From the NCBI GenBank assembly GCA_000004985.1, contig GG738896.1: 64,000 nt of DNA; one strand, given 5' to 3'. The notes below the pieces were generated by a model. The model was given only the letters and a program-made list of their open reading frames with translations. It was not told the origin of the DNA and searched no databases. Of this stretch, positions 33,473-45,149 are shown piece after piece. Made by a program: the position numbers and the translations under genes. Numbering within the stretch: position 1 is the first letter of the stretch; every line of letters begins with the position of its first letter. The stretch comes from Naegleria gruberi. Taxonomy: Eukaryota.

Positions 33473-34488
33473 ATGAAGTATATCGAATTCCAAGAATTGT
33501 GGCCTTATAACTGTCTTCTTGATGGTTATGATCTCGGCATCACCTATCTCTATGGCAAGATTGAAGTATTTTCTTGTAAGTAATTATTATTCATACAAAA
33601 AGTTTCTAATTATTTTGTGTTTCATAACAATTGTTATTCCAACTGCACACAATCAAATAATAATAACAATACATCTCTCATCACAATACAGGTAAACAAA
33701 CATCTCAAGATAGAAAATTAACAAAGGAAATTGAAAGTAGAAGAAGAACTAGTAGTAATGCTTCCCTGAGTAGTTCCCTTCCAACATCAACGAACGGGAC
33801 GAGATTGTCGACGTTGTCTCAATCCGTTCAAACACAACAAATGCAAATTCCAACCAAAGCCACTACAGTGGCACATCATCAAGTTGATGTTGTTTCTCCT
33901 CCAGCGTTGAGTCCTCCATGCTTTTATGACTTGACTTCACAATTCAATGATGATCCTTTTGGCAATGAAAAGAGACAAACCTACATTGACCTCATCTCTA
34001 CTCTCAACAACTCGTATCCAGACTATGACTTCCGTCACGTAAAGCCTGAATTCTTTACTCAAGTCACCCTCCAAGATTCCATTCAAAATATTAACAATTC
34101 TCTCCATGAAGTATATGAGAATGAACAATTTAGCTCTCTCTGGACAAATGTTAACGAAATTATTGACCTCAACCATTGCGAAGTTTACAGTTACCTTCCT
34201 GACCAAAATTTAGATGATCCAATGGCTGATCCGTTGAGTCTTGGTGGTTCTAAACTTTGGAGTTGGAATTACTTTTTCGTGAATCGTCCATTGAAACGCT
34301 TGGTCTTCTTTACAGCCTATGGTAAGAGTAAAGCCTGTGCTTTAGAAGATGATGAAAGAGAAGGTATGATGGTTGGTGACCAATATGATGATGAAGACTA
34401 TTTCTACTCCAACACTAAGAATGCCAATGTCCACTTTGACTATAACGAAAGTGACAGTGAGATGATGGATGAATTCGATGACTTGTAG
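33473..34488 (+). CDS. MAF1: Maf1, repressor of RNA polymerase III transcription. Two exons: approximately join(33473..33575, 33690..34488).
   Basis: Exon 1 'MKYIEFQELWPYNCLLDGYDLGITYLYGKIEVFS' plus a C contributed by the splice matches the Maf1 N-terminal box (..GRIE.YSCK). A GTAAGT donor at about 33576 and an ATACAG acceptor at about 33689 join to ORF 33805..34488. The C-terminal 'LWSWNYFFVNRPLKRLVFF' is the Maf1 signature (LWSFNYFFYNK.LKRV.FF). Confidence 0.65.
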
Positions 34489-36503
34489 ACCTCTCAAGAC
34501 TCGATATTTCTTGTGTGGCTGTTGGTTCAATTAACAACCTTTGGACTTGCAAGATAATGTGTGCTGTTGGTGGTGTATTTACGTTTTTGCGTGTCAGTGC
34601 TAGCGACAATTAGCATCAAATACGCCCGTTAGACAAAACCTACAAACACAGAGTCTAAAGCCATTGGATTTCCTTGTACCATATCCCCACAATGAACACA
34701 CCAGTTGTACAACAATTTGGAGTGTGATGGATCCTTTTTGCAAGGGTTTTTTGCCACGTACCAAGTCCACTATCATGTAACAACAGTTAGAAGCAAAATC
34801 TCAGAGTTGTGGGTTTCGTTAAAATTGTATGTGCTGTAAGTGGGATAGGTACTATGGGAGTCTCTTGCGTCTGTCAATTATCCTCATTGATACTGGTATA
34901 TATTTTACACAAATCTATTTCTACAACAATACAAATTCTGTTATCTTATATATACTCCTTGCACACTATCTTGTTTTGTTTCTGCTTGTTCTTGTAGGGT
35001 TCAATTAAAATTCTTTCCACAGTTTGCGAAAGCAAGTGGAAAGTTCGGATGTTGTGCCCTTGCAAAAAGTCCTTTTGTGATGCTCCTGTTGTTGATAAGT
35101 CAATAATTATCTTTGATGTTTGTTGTTGATAATTCAATAATTATTAATTCCAAATGATGATGAAGTAAAGTGACATCCCTTCAATAAAAAGATCGACAAA
35201 CAACTGGTTGCCATGCCTCTATTGTCTCTCAGAGAAATCCTTCTCAGGACACCTATCTTTTGGTTTCTTTTCAAGTCTGTAGCTCCCAATCCTTGGGTTT
35301 GCCCTTCCTGAAAAACAATGAGGGACTTAGTTGACTACATCTTAAAAAGAAGGAACATTTGACAGGCAGTCTCCAACTGAAAAGGACGTACACATTGGTC
35401 GATACCGTGTACTCAAAAGAAGCATAGCAATTCATTGTTCAAGGGATGTAAAAAAGCAGTGATGGTGTTTGAAGAGAGTGGAAATTCTCTACAGGTACAC
35501 CCCAACAGCTTAAAAACAGAATCGATGATAAAATCTTACTTGTTGTTGATACTATTATTGATGTTAATTATCAAAGTTATTATTTGAAAGATACTTACTC
35601 TTAAACTTTCTTGTGGTGGGTATTTATTAACTCTCGTACAACCCAGAGTGCTGCTGCTTTCTGATGTGCGCAGTGGTAGTAGTTTCATCTTGCCCCTAAA
35701 CATCAAGATCCAGGTGTGAAACAACCCATCTTGAACAGATGGCAATAACAAGCTAGGCTCTTTAACACACAACCCTAAATATTATACTGGACATCAAGTA
35801 TTCAAGTGGCTAGGAAGAAAGAGTTGCTGCTGTACAAGACCTTCTACTTGTTATTTTAAAGTCATTTCAACACTATGGAAGTGAGTTTATACGGAACAAG
35901 AACAAAACTCTCTCTCTACTATTGATAAGGAACAAAGTACCCATCTTCCTTCAAGGAGACAAAGTAGTACTATTGCTTCTTCATGATGAAAAAACCAAAA
36001 TGTGCGTACATTGTCGGTTGGTTTCTAGCGAGTGCGGAGGTTGCACATTTTTTTTTTGCTTGATGTTTTTCTTCAGCATTGCCGTTGTAATGGTTGCTAA
36101 GAGTTTGTGCTTGCTGGTGCAACTTGGTTTTGGCACTTGGGGAAAAAGCACGTTTGCAATTCGATAGTGCACTTTGTTGAAACCCAATGAAAGAACAATT
36201 GGTACTAATAATAAGATTGGATGTCTGTTGAGAGTGAACTTGGTGTGTCAAACTGCAGTCATTGGTTGGGGAAATATTATTGAGATTCGAGGCAGAATTC
36301 AAAAGTGCTACCAACTACTCTGATTCCAAGCTTGTTGCATTGAACGTCAAAGTGATCGTAGCTGACCTTTGGGAAATACATTTTAGAGATTGAAAGAAAT
36401 TCAATTCCATCCAATTTATCACAATCCAATCTGAATAAATTTCCATATTAAAATCAATTAAATACAAATAAATTCAATTTGAATAATTTCCTAGGAATTA
36501 AAC

Positions 36504-36890
36504 TCACCTAAAAGAATGAGCCTTCTTTTCCTCCTTAATGGTCAAGACCCCTTCCTCCTTCTTTGACTCTAACTTGTAATGACAATATTCCAAATACAAT
36601 TCATCCTTACTCCATTTTATCATTGTAAATATAAAGTAAGAGGTCAATCCAAAGTGTTGAACAGCATTCTCTGTCTCATCACTAGAAGCAGGCGACAAGG
36701 AAGCCCACTTATCTTGATCCATTCTCCTCGGAAAACGATACGTTCCATACTTATTCAACACCAAATGTTTCCTCTCATAGACACAATTCACCACTCCCTG
36801 ATGACTCTCGAACGGAATCACCTCCTTGATGATCAACTTTAGAGGTGGTGATGAATGTCCCGAAACAAGTTGTCTTTGAAAAGTTTCCAT
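36504..36890 (-). CDS. Small hypothetical protein, 128 aa.
   Basis: ORF with ATG 36890..36888. Globular composition. No family recognised. Confidence 0.3.
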   Translation of the reverse strand: METFQRQLVSGHSSPPLKLIIKEVIPFESHQGVVNCVYERKHLVLNKYGTYRFPRRMDQDKWASLSPASSDETENAVQHFGLTSYFIFTMIKWSKDELYLEYCHYKLESKKEEGVLTIKEEKKAHSFR

Positions 36891-37094
36891 TTTTTAATTT
36901 TAATTTTTCAAATTTTTGTAGTTTTTTTTGGCGCCAAAACGATAATCTTAATTGCTTTTATTTTGAGTTTCGAATGAGAAAAGTATCTTCAAATAATTGT
37001 TATCTTTTGACATATATTCCCTTACCGAATGAATTCCTTCCAATTATTAACATTATCAACCAAATCCTGATAACAACTCTTTTACTGACATATT

Positions 37095-37646
37095 TTATTC
37101 CTTATTCGAAAGTACCAGTAGGATCAACACTCCAATTACAATATATTTAACAATTGGATAGTTAGTAATAATAATTGTTGCATATCCTAAATAGGGCAGC
37201 ATAAAGTTAACTCTTCCAATAATATGAGATCGATCTAACCATTGCAAATCAGTACCATATATTCCGTATCGATCATCGAATTGGTTGTGGTCTCCTTTTG
37301 TTAGAATTTTTACATCCTTATCCTGTATTCCACTAAAAAGATTTGTTTGAGCTTTAGTATTGTGAAGTCGAATCACTCTGTGAACGATTGGAATTTCTTT
37401 TGATTCCAATTTATAGACAATGATATCACCAATATGAATAGGTTCCGATGAAAGGGAAAGGAATAGAATATCACCCTTGTAAAATGCTGGTTCCATGCTG
37501 CCAGTCAACACAACAACAATTGGTGATTGACAATTGGAATAGATTGAAACAGATTTCCAAATTATCAAAGCACTGCAAAGAACTCCCAATAGAGAAAAGA
37601 TTTGAGTGATATATTCTCTTGTGTGTTGTGATATTGTTAAGGCCAT
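37095..37646 (-). CDS. SEC11: Signal peptidase complex catalytic subunit SEC11 (signal peptidase I, S26 family).
   Basis: Track ORF 37095..37751. The true ATG is at 37646 ('MALTISQHTREYITQIFSLLGVL...'). Catalytic Ser box 'VVVLTGSMEPAFYKGDILFL', His box 'IVHRVIR', and 'LTKGDHNQFDDRYGIY' are all present. Matches the eukaryotic SEC11/SPC18 architecture. Confidence 0.7.
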   Translation of the reverse strand: MALTISQHTREYITQIFSLLGVLCSALIIWKSVSIYSNCQSPIVVVLTGSMEPAFYKGDILFLSLSSEPIHIGDIIVYKLESKEIPIVHRVIRLHNTKAQTNLFSGIQDKDVKILTKGDHNQFDDRYGIYGTDLQWLDRSHIIGRVNFMLPYLGYATIIITNYPIVKYIVIGVLILLVLSNKE

Positions 37647-37812
37647 TTTTTTCAAATGAAAATCATAAAGTTTCACCACAGCTTCTATTTCTAAAAATGG
37701 AAGACACGTGTTGTCCCAAACTACCACGTCATTAGTAAAAAGGCATTTCAATTTTGAATGTAAGTAAGGTATTCATTGATAACAAGGAAAACATCAACTA
37801 TGATATTGAAAA

Positions 37813-40800
37813 TTATTTACTCTTCTTATTAATTCTTCGAAGGGATTCATCTGAATCAGATGAAGAAGGATAGGTTCTTTTAGTGTTACTTGTTGTACTG
37901 CTGATACTTGAGCTGGAAGAACTGGTAGCCATTGATGGGTTATTCAAATTCATAACAGTTGTGGAGAGTCGAGTCAAGTATTCGAAAGTTTCTTTCAAAG
38001 CTTGCGCCTTCTTCTTTTCTGCATCATTTGGTGTGGAGACCTTCTGAATGACAAGACAATAAGGACTTCTATCCTTGACAGTGTCAAATTTCAAGTATTT
38101 TTCTGCAGCTGCTTTAGCACTTAACATGACGTGATTTCTTTGTGCTTCTGCTTTTCTGTATTCGAATTTTGTTTTTACCTTGTCTCTTAAAAAGAATGCA
38201 AGAGAGTTGCAGACGTCACAATTACAGGCAAGAGATACATTCAGTGACCAATCCTGTTCTGATGATTGAGTATTTCCTATAGACATTCTCAACATGTTAA
38301 TGCAATACTGAAGAATGGAATTGAACCCTGGATTTAAAAAGGCATGCTTGCCAAGCTCCTTATCTGTCCACTTGATGAGAGGAATTAGCAATTCATGAAT
38401 AGAATTTTCAATCATGCCTGATTTGCCAATGATAATTGAAGTAATTGTGGAAATATCATCTTTGAAATTTGCCCTGTATAAAACTCCCAAAACTTTTTGG
38501 CATAAATTGAGAGTAATTTGAGAGATTTGCAAGCAATTAATCACACCCTTTCTGAAATATTTAGAAAGATAGAGTAGCTTGTCATCATTTTTCTGGACAG
38601 ATACTTCTATAATTTGGAGGGCATGCATGATAGTGCTGGTGTTAATCATCTTGTTGCAAAATTCGACAATCTTCGACTTGATATTATCCACTCCGAGTAA
38701 TGAGATGGAGGAAATAACTACAGGCATTATTACAGTAAATATTTGAGGCTGTGCGCGTCTTATTATCAGCTCAAATATTTGGTTACAGAGACCTATTTGA
38801 TTTTGTGAGTGTAGGGCTTGTAAAACCTGGATTATCTGCTCAGTGCATGTTTCGATAGCGTTTGTCTGAATAATTTTCAATGAAATTCGACCAATCACTT
38901 CAGATTCAATTTTCAATTTGCTACAGGTTTCAATGAGGGAAACCAAAAAGTTAATTGACAGAATACCTGTATTAATATTATTGGTGATATTATCCAACTT
39001 TTCCAAAAACCTGCTCATAAAATCCAATGATAGTTGATCATCAGCAAGTCCTATCAAATAATTAAAAGTTTGATTGGCTCTCTTTTCTAAATCTTGCGTC
39101 TTATAGCAAACATACCCAACAAGACCAGACAAGAACTCGGTCTTTAAATTATCCAATCCAAAGTGATTGAGAATGGTATTCCATGTTGGTAAATCAAGAA
39201 TTGGGATTGGAATGAGGAATTTTTTGAAAAGGTCAATATCACTCAAATTAAGAAGTATTGGAATCAATTCCAAAAGTTTTCCTTTGAAAAATTGAGATTG
39301 TGTTTGTGAAGATGCCAACTCGATACATAAATTTCTTTTTGTTGGATCTATCATGAATTCTTTGTATAGAGTTATAAATCCCTCATAGCACGTCTTGGCA
39401 TCCATGTATTTGAGACTAAGGTAGTGATATTTCTTTGGAATAACAACCAGGCAATTTCTATTGGAGGAGATACTGGCAATATCGTATGGAATTGTATCAG
39501 ATAATTCAATTTTGAACATTTGTGAAACTACCACACCAGTTTTAGGATTAGTCAATCTCTTCACCAGGTAGCTACTTTCATCATCGCTGTCATAAATTTC
39601 GTCATCATTTACTACCTTTCTAGTGGAGGAGGTTTTTGTTGTTCTCAATGTTGTTCTTTCAAACACTCCCAAATAAATATCAAAGAGAGAATACTGATCA
39701 TTGAAAAGAGTGAAAAAATTATATAATACAAGGTCTTGTCCTTTCAATAAATCAACTCTGCAGTCTGCCTCCTTGACTGAATCAAGCAAATAGACTGCAA
39801 ATGGAGACTCTTGTGGAGACCACAGAGCTTCAATCTTTTTCAAATTATCAGCCACTTTAAAAACTGTTTCCAATGATGGCTTGAATGAAGGCTTTCCATT
39901 GTAAATCAAGTTATAAACAAGGTAGAGTTTGTATCCTTCCTCAATTTTATCCTCATTTACTTGACACTCAGTAAAGTATGTAATATAGGATGGAAGATAA
40001 AATGATTGTTCCACTAAATCGTACTCTAATTGTTCATCTCTGTGAGAGAATTTGACTTTTCCTCCTGCGTAGCTGCAAGGTAATTGAACAATGAATTGAG
40101 CAAAAACATTGGAAGGAAGCTTGTTTTTCTTTGGTATATTTTCCCCTTCTTTGAAAAGTACTAGCTGATGGAGTTGGAATGAAACCTCCTTTTCAGGGCT
40201 GACTCCCAAATTACCTCTAGTGCAACTATTAACTAGTTCAGATACCATTTCATTCCATTTTGGATTGGTAATGACAAATTGATCAGCATTCAAATAATAT
40301 TCATTAGAATGTTTGGCAGCTCTTTTGGCAAGTTTGATAATTTCTCTAGCCTGTTCTGGATTAGCGAGAGGGAATGTCACATGTTTTAGTGTTGGTTCCT
40401 GCTCGGGATCTTGATTAGGAATAATTAATTTGAGACCAGGCAGACCTGCTCTGGTAAGCAGTGGTCCTCCACAACAAAATGATCCAGTACAAATATCCTT
40501 TGTTATCATTCTGAATGCTGTTGCAATTCTCTTGACACTAAGGGAGGGTTTAAAGCGACCAGATGATGTGGAAACAGCATCTTGCTCCTCTAGTTCTTCA
40601 TCATTTTCCTCTTCCGAAGATGTGGAAGAGTATTCGTCTTCCTCTTCGTCGTCATCTTCATCCTCATCATCTAGTTGTTCATCGTCATCTTCTGGAATTT
40701 CCTCCTCGTTTTCACTCTCCTCAATTACTAATTGTGATGGTAAAGATGAAGGTACAACCCTCACCTTTTCAACCATAACTTCATCTTCCGAATCCGAATC

Positions 40801-42315
40801 TATAGTGATTGCTTCTTCTAAGGTATTTGATAATCCTCGTTCCTGTTTGACCTTATATTGTGAGAGAGCAGAATCACCCAAAGTATTATTAATTTCCTGA
40901 GTGATGATACTCGCATTCTTACTTGTGACACTACTGCTGACACTGCTCGTAGGAATAGTCGATGATGGTTGTTCAAGTGTTGCTGGAATCGATCTTTCCT
41001 CTTCGGAAGTGAGGAGCACCTTCTCAGGAGAAGATTGTGTTGGTGAAGGTGGCAATGTCAATGATGGATCAATTGTAAGAGATGGTTGAAGTGACTCCAT
41101 GGTTGGTTGAGTTACAAGTGATACTGGTTGAATTGACTCTATACTGTTGTGACTACCCGCTAACTTAATATTGGATAGATTTGAAGATGATAATTCACTT
41201 GTTCCCATAGAAAAGTCAAAATCTTCCATATTTAAATCATCACTTTCCTCCTGAATAATGTCTTTAGCTTGTGTTGTTGATTCAGTACTTGCTATTACTT
41301 GTGGTTGTTGAAGGAGAGTATTGTTATTACTACTTGTATTTACATTGGTCGTCTCGTTAATAACTTCCTGTTGTTGTTCGTCCAAATCAATATCTTCATC
41401 ATCGTCTTGCATCTTATTGTCCATCTCGTCCATATTTACACTAATACTACTATTGTTACTTGTTAATCCTGGTTCAACTTTCACTCGTATCAGGGATGCA
41501 TGTTGTGGTGCTTCTAAATCATCATCGAAACAAACACTTTCATCATCTGAATTAACAACAATTGCTTCGTCAAAGTTAACTTCTTCTTCTTCATCAGATG
41601 TTATTGCTGGTATTGTTGGTGGTGCTTGTTGATTATTGAATGGTTGTTGTACTTCCTGGACTTCATCAAAATTGATTTCTTCATCCGAAGCCTCTTCATC
41701 AAGCACTTGTGATGCTTCATAGTAATTTTCCTCCTTCTTTACTCGAATTATTTGTTGTTGTTGAACATTATTATTAGTATTGCTGCTAGTATTATTAAAG
41801 TCTATTTCCTCATCAAAGGTTTGACTATTTCCTCCCAAATCAGCGTCATCATCTAGGTTCATATCATCCGAAATTTCCTCCTCTTCATGATGAAGACTTG
41901 CTGAGGAAGAGTGAAGAGTAACGTTGCTATTCATGATGGAAGAACCGATTGTGAAAGGCTGTGGTCGAATGTAAGATGTTGATGATGAAGATGAAGAGGA
42001 CGGATTATTGTTATTATTATTGATAGTATTATTAGTATTGAAGGGTTTTATTGTGTTATTATTGTTGTTGTTGTTGGAGTGTTGCTGTTGGTGAGTATTG
42101 TTGGAGTTGTTGGGCAACATTTTTTTTCTTAGTTTTTCAATCTTGGTCACGAAATTGTAAATTGAACTATTTAGTCTTGTTACAAAAATATTGAAATATT
42201 TTGTTGTCATAAAAATATCAAAATATGTGAATGATTTCAATTCATAAGAATTCACAGTAGGAAAATTTGAAATGAAAGAAAGATTACAACAATAGTTTCC
42301 AACCAATCGGAACAT
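37813..42315 (-). CDS. Very large hypothetical protein, 1500 aa. It has a roughly 800-aa poly-Asn/acidic/Ser-rich disordered N-terminus and a roughly 700-aa globular alpha-rich C-terminal region.
   Basis: Single uninterrupted ORF. The N-terminus has poly-N and poly-D/E blocks. The C-terminal half is helical with regularly spaced hydrophobic repeats that look like ARM/HEAT repeats. No family recognised. Confidence 0.4.
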   Translation of the reverse strand: MFRLVGNYCCNLSFISNFPTVNSYELKSFTYFDIFMTTKYFNIFVTRLNSSIYNFVTKIEKLRKKMLPNNSNNTHQQQHSNNNNNNNTIKPFNTNNTINNNNNNPSSSSSSSTSYIRPQPFTIGSSIMNSNVTLHSSSASLHHEEEEISDDMNLDDDADLGGNSQTFDEEIDFNNTSSNTNNNVQQQQIIRVKKEENYYEASQVLDEEASDEEINFDEVQEVQQPFNNQQAPPTIPAITSDEEEEVNFDEAIVVNSDDESVCFDDDLEAPQHASLIRVKVEPGLTSNNSSISVNMDEMDNKMQDDDEDIDLDEQQQEVINETTNVNTSSNNNTLLQQPQVIASTESTTQAKDIIQEESDDLNMEDFDFSMGTSELSSSNLSNIKLAGSHNSIESIQPVSLVTQPTMESLQPSLTIDPSLTLPPSPTQSSPEKVLLTSEEERSIPATLEQPSSTIPTSSVSSSVTSKNASIITQEINNTLGDSALSQYKVKQERGLSNTLEEAITIDSDSEDEVMVEKVRVVPSSLPSQLVIEESENEEEIPEDDDEQLDDEDEDDDEEEDEYSSTSSEEENDEELEEQDAVSTSSGRFKPSLSVKRIATAFRMITKDICTGSFCCGGPLLTRAGLPGLKLIIPNQDPEQEPTLKHVTFPLANPEQAREIIKLAKRAAKHSNEYYLNADQFVITNPKWNEMVSELVNSCTRGNLGVSPEKEVSFQLHQLVLFKEGENIPKKNKLPSNVFAQFIVQLPCSYAGGKVKFSHRDEQLEYDLVEQSFYLPSYITYFTECQVNEDKIEEGYKLYLVYNLIYNGKPSFKPSLETVFKVADNLKKIEALWSPQESPFAVYLLDSVKEADCRVDLLKGQDLVLYNFFTLFNDQYSLFDIYLGVFERTTLRTTKTSSTRKVVNDDEIYDSDDESSYLVKRLTNPKTGVVVSQMFKIELSDTIPYDIASISSNRNCLVVIPKKYHYLSLKYMDAKTCYEGFITLYKEFMIDPTKRNLCIELASSQTQSQFFKGKLLELIPILLNLSDIDLFKKFLIPIPILDLPTWNTILNHFGLDNLKTEFLSGLVGYVCYKTQDLEKRANQTFNYLIGLADDQLSLDFMSRFLEKLDNITNNINTGILSINFLVSLIETCSKLKIESEVIGRISLKIIQTNAIETCTEQIIQVLQALHSQNQIGLCNQIFELIIRRAQPQIFTVIMPVVISSISLLGVDNIKSKIVEFCNKMINTSTIMHALQIIEVSVQKNDDKLLYLSKYFRKGVINCLQISQITLNLCQKVLGVLYRANFKDDISTITSIIIGKSGMIENSIHELLIPLIKWTDKELGKHAFLNPGFNSILQYCINMLRMSIGNTQSSEQDWSLNVSLACNCDVCNSLAFFLRDKVKTKFEYRKAEAQRNHVMLSAKAAAEKYLKFDTVKDRSPYCLVIQKVSTPNDAEKKKAQALKETFEYLTRLSTTVMNLNNPSMATSSSSSSISSTTSNTKRTYPSSSDSDESLRRINKKSK

Positions 42316-42531
42316 AAAATTAAAGATGATATTTATTTGATATTTTTCATCATCTAAAGATCATCTTCACATTATAACCCAATGACAGTAATGAAAGATA
42401 AAATATCCTACCACCAATGATTTTTTGAACCATCATCAACAACAAGACCTAAACGTTAGCGACTCCTCAGTGTCAGGTTTCAAAAAAGTACTCACCCAAC
42501 AATACTGGCTTACTCCATCTTTAAAAAAATC

Positions 42532-44956
42532 ATGTCAATTCAAATATCAAGAGTCGGTTTGATGAACTCACTCTTGTTGATTTGTATTCTTCTTGCAACA
42601 TTGATGGTGAGTGGTATTGATACTACTGCTGCTGTTACTACTAGAACCAAATCAGCAGTGCCAACAATTCCCGCCAAATACTTTAAAAAATTACAAGGAC
42701 CACCATCAGAGTTTTCTCTTCACGCTTATCCAAAGCCTTCCGAAGGAGCTATTCAATCAGACTTTTATTTATATGTAGAGAAGTTTAAAAAGAGTGAGAG
42801 CTTGAAGGCCTCGACAACACATCAATATGAATGGAGTGCTCGTGTTGCTGTTGATAGTTCTGAACAAGTGGATTTATCCTTACTCTCACAATATGTCAAG
42901 AGTATGCGTGTTCAAGTTTTGGATCAACATGGTACTGACATTACTTCAATGGCTAGTTTTGTTGTTGATGAGGAAAGTTTTGGAGCCTTCTCAGATGGTG
43001 AAAATAACTTGTTACCTTCAAAAACTTTGAGATTTGATGCCAACTCAATTCGTCGTTTGAAAATCAATCAAAAGAGCAAGCAAACTAGTATTGGAAGTAA
43101 TTATATTGATGAATGGATTGTAAATGTTTTTGTTGATGCACCTGCTTCAGCTCCAACCTATTATGACGATGAAGCATTGCACTTGTTGGTCTATAATCAA
43201 TCTCCACTTCGTGCCTATACTCAATTACAATCATATGACAATCAATTGGTTGGTGAAAATGTCATTATTGAAACTTTCATGTATGATGAAGATGTAACTC
43301 CAGTTAAGGCAATCAATGATATTCCAAGACCAATTCGTGTCTTTGCCACTGCCACTGATGAAACAATTTTGAGTGCTCAAATGGAAATCTTGTCACCAAG
43401 TGGTCAAGAAACCTCTATCAACATGCTTGATAATGGTCTTTTGGGTGATCGTATGGAAAATGATGGAATTTACTCTGCTGCTCTCAATGCTCAAGAAGCT
43501 GGTGACTATGTTATCACTGTCTCAGTCAAGGGTGTTATCAAGGGTAATGCCGTAAAGAATATCTCACGTCTCATTAATCAAGATCTCGTTGAATTTGAAA
43601 GAAGTACACACCATGTTGTTTCAATTGTTAAAAAGTCACTCGAGTTGACTCAAAATGCTGTTTTCTCATTCAATGCTCCTTCTGTTAAAACTGCTCAAAT
43701 TGCTGATGTCACCTCACAAATGGTCGACGTCAAGTTGGTTGCCAAGCCATTAGATGCTGACGCTTTAGGTAAAAAGTTCAAGGCCTATGCTGAAGTTTAC
43801 TCTGCCGGTGATGCTAAATCAAGTGTTCCAATTGCTTTTGTTTCAGGTATGGCCATTGCTGAAAAGTGTGACGGTACTGAATGCCCAGAAGGACTTATCT
43901 ACTTGCCACTCCAAATGAGTTTGGCTTGGGTTGCTTTGGCTAGACAACAATCTAATGGAGTTATTTCTGCTCCATTCATTTTGAAGAATGTCAATATTCA
44001 AGATGTTGCCACCTCTAATATTATTACCAAAGCTGATCAAACTCTTCCTGAATTGACTAGTTGTCATATCAAGTTACCAGAACATACCTTGTACAATGCT
44101 AGACCAGTTGATATTAACTACTTTTTAAACACTCATGAAGGTATGGAAAAGTTTGATGGTGTCATTACTGAATCAATGTTGTTTGGTCCAAGACCAACTG
44201 AAATTGCCACTAAGAGCCTTACCTCTTCAACACAACACAAGGTCTTGCTTATCCATGGTTATTGTTCTGGTTATGCTCCATTCCCAAGCTCTGATTTCAC
44301 CAATGCTGTCTATTTCAGTGATCATAATGCCAACAGAAACAATGATGAATTTGCCAGTATGATTTTCGAACTTGGTCAAACCTTTGATTCATTCTCAATG
44401 GTTGGTCACTCACAAGGTGGTCTTGCTTCATTGCACTTATTTGCTTATTATTGGACTCATGCTGACGTTGCTGCTGCCTCAAAGAAGACTTTGGCTGGTG
44501 AAACTAGAAGAATTATCCAATCTGTTGGTTCTCCATACAGAGGATCTGGTTTGGCTGGTGTTTTGGCTAGTATTGGTAAAGTTGTTGGAATTGGATGTGG
44601 TAAACAAACTGATTTGACCTATGATGGCGCCAGTAAGTGGCTCAGTTCTATTCCAGTTGCTGCTCGTCAAGCTCTCTATTACTCTTACACTCAATATAAG
44701 GATTGGTCTTGGTGTTCATTGCCAGCTAATGTAAGTATTTTATTTTTTAAAACTCAATTTACCAACTATGTCAATTCTAAAGGCTGTTTTGAAATTACCA
44801 AACGATGGAACCTGTGAAAAGAGTAGAGCTTCTGTTGATGGTGCAAATCACTATGACAGCAAGAAGGGATGGTGTCACACCAACAAGATGAAATACAAAG
44901 GTCAATGTGAAGACTCTGAAAGAAATGCCGTTCTTAACAAGTATGCCCAGTTGTAA
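42532..44956 (+). CDS. Secreted alpha/beta-hydrolase (lipase/esterase-like, GHSQGG nucleophile elbow). Two exons, join(42532..44730, 44783..44956), with a 52-nt intron.
   Basis: Signal peptide 'MSIQISRVGLMNSLLLICILLATLMVSG'. The C-terminal domain has 'KVLLIHGYCSGYAPF' and 'FSMVGHSQGGLASL' (the GxSxG lipase motif). The track ORF 42532..44817 ends in intron read-through. A GTAAGT donor at 44731 and a TCTAAAG acceptor at 44782 join in phase 0 to ORF 44768..44956. That exon encodes a Cys-containing tail 'AVLKLPNDGTCEKSRASVDGANHYDSKKGWCHTNKMKYKGQCEDSERN...'. Confidence 0.55.
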
Positions 44957-45149
44957 ATAAACAACCCATACAGATTTCTCTCCCATGACCAAATATTATC
45001 TCTTGGATTACGACTGCCATAAATAACAATATGAAATAAGGAATATAATCTTATCAAATTTGTGGAAAAGATCACTTCTCAGCCAAGTTCAAATATGGCA
45101 TATGACAAATCTCTCAAGATGCACACTAACCTAGGGATTGTTTTCAAGA

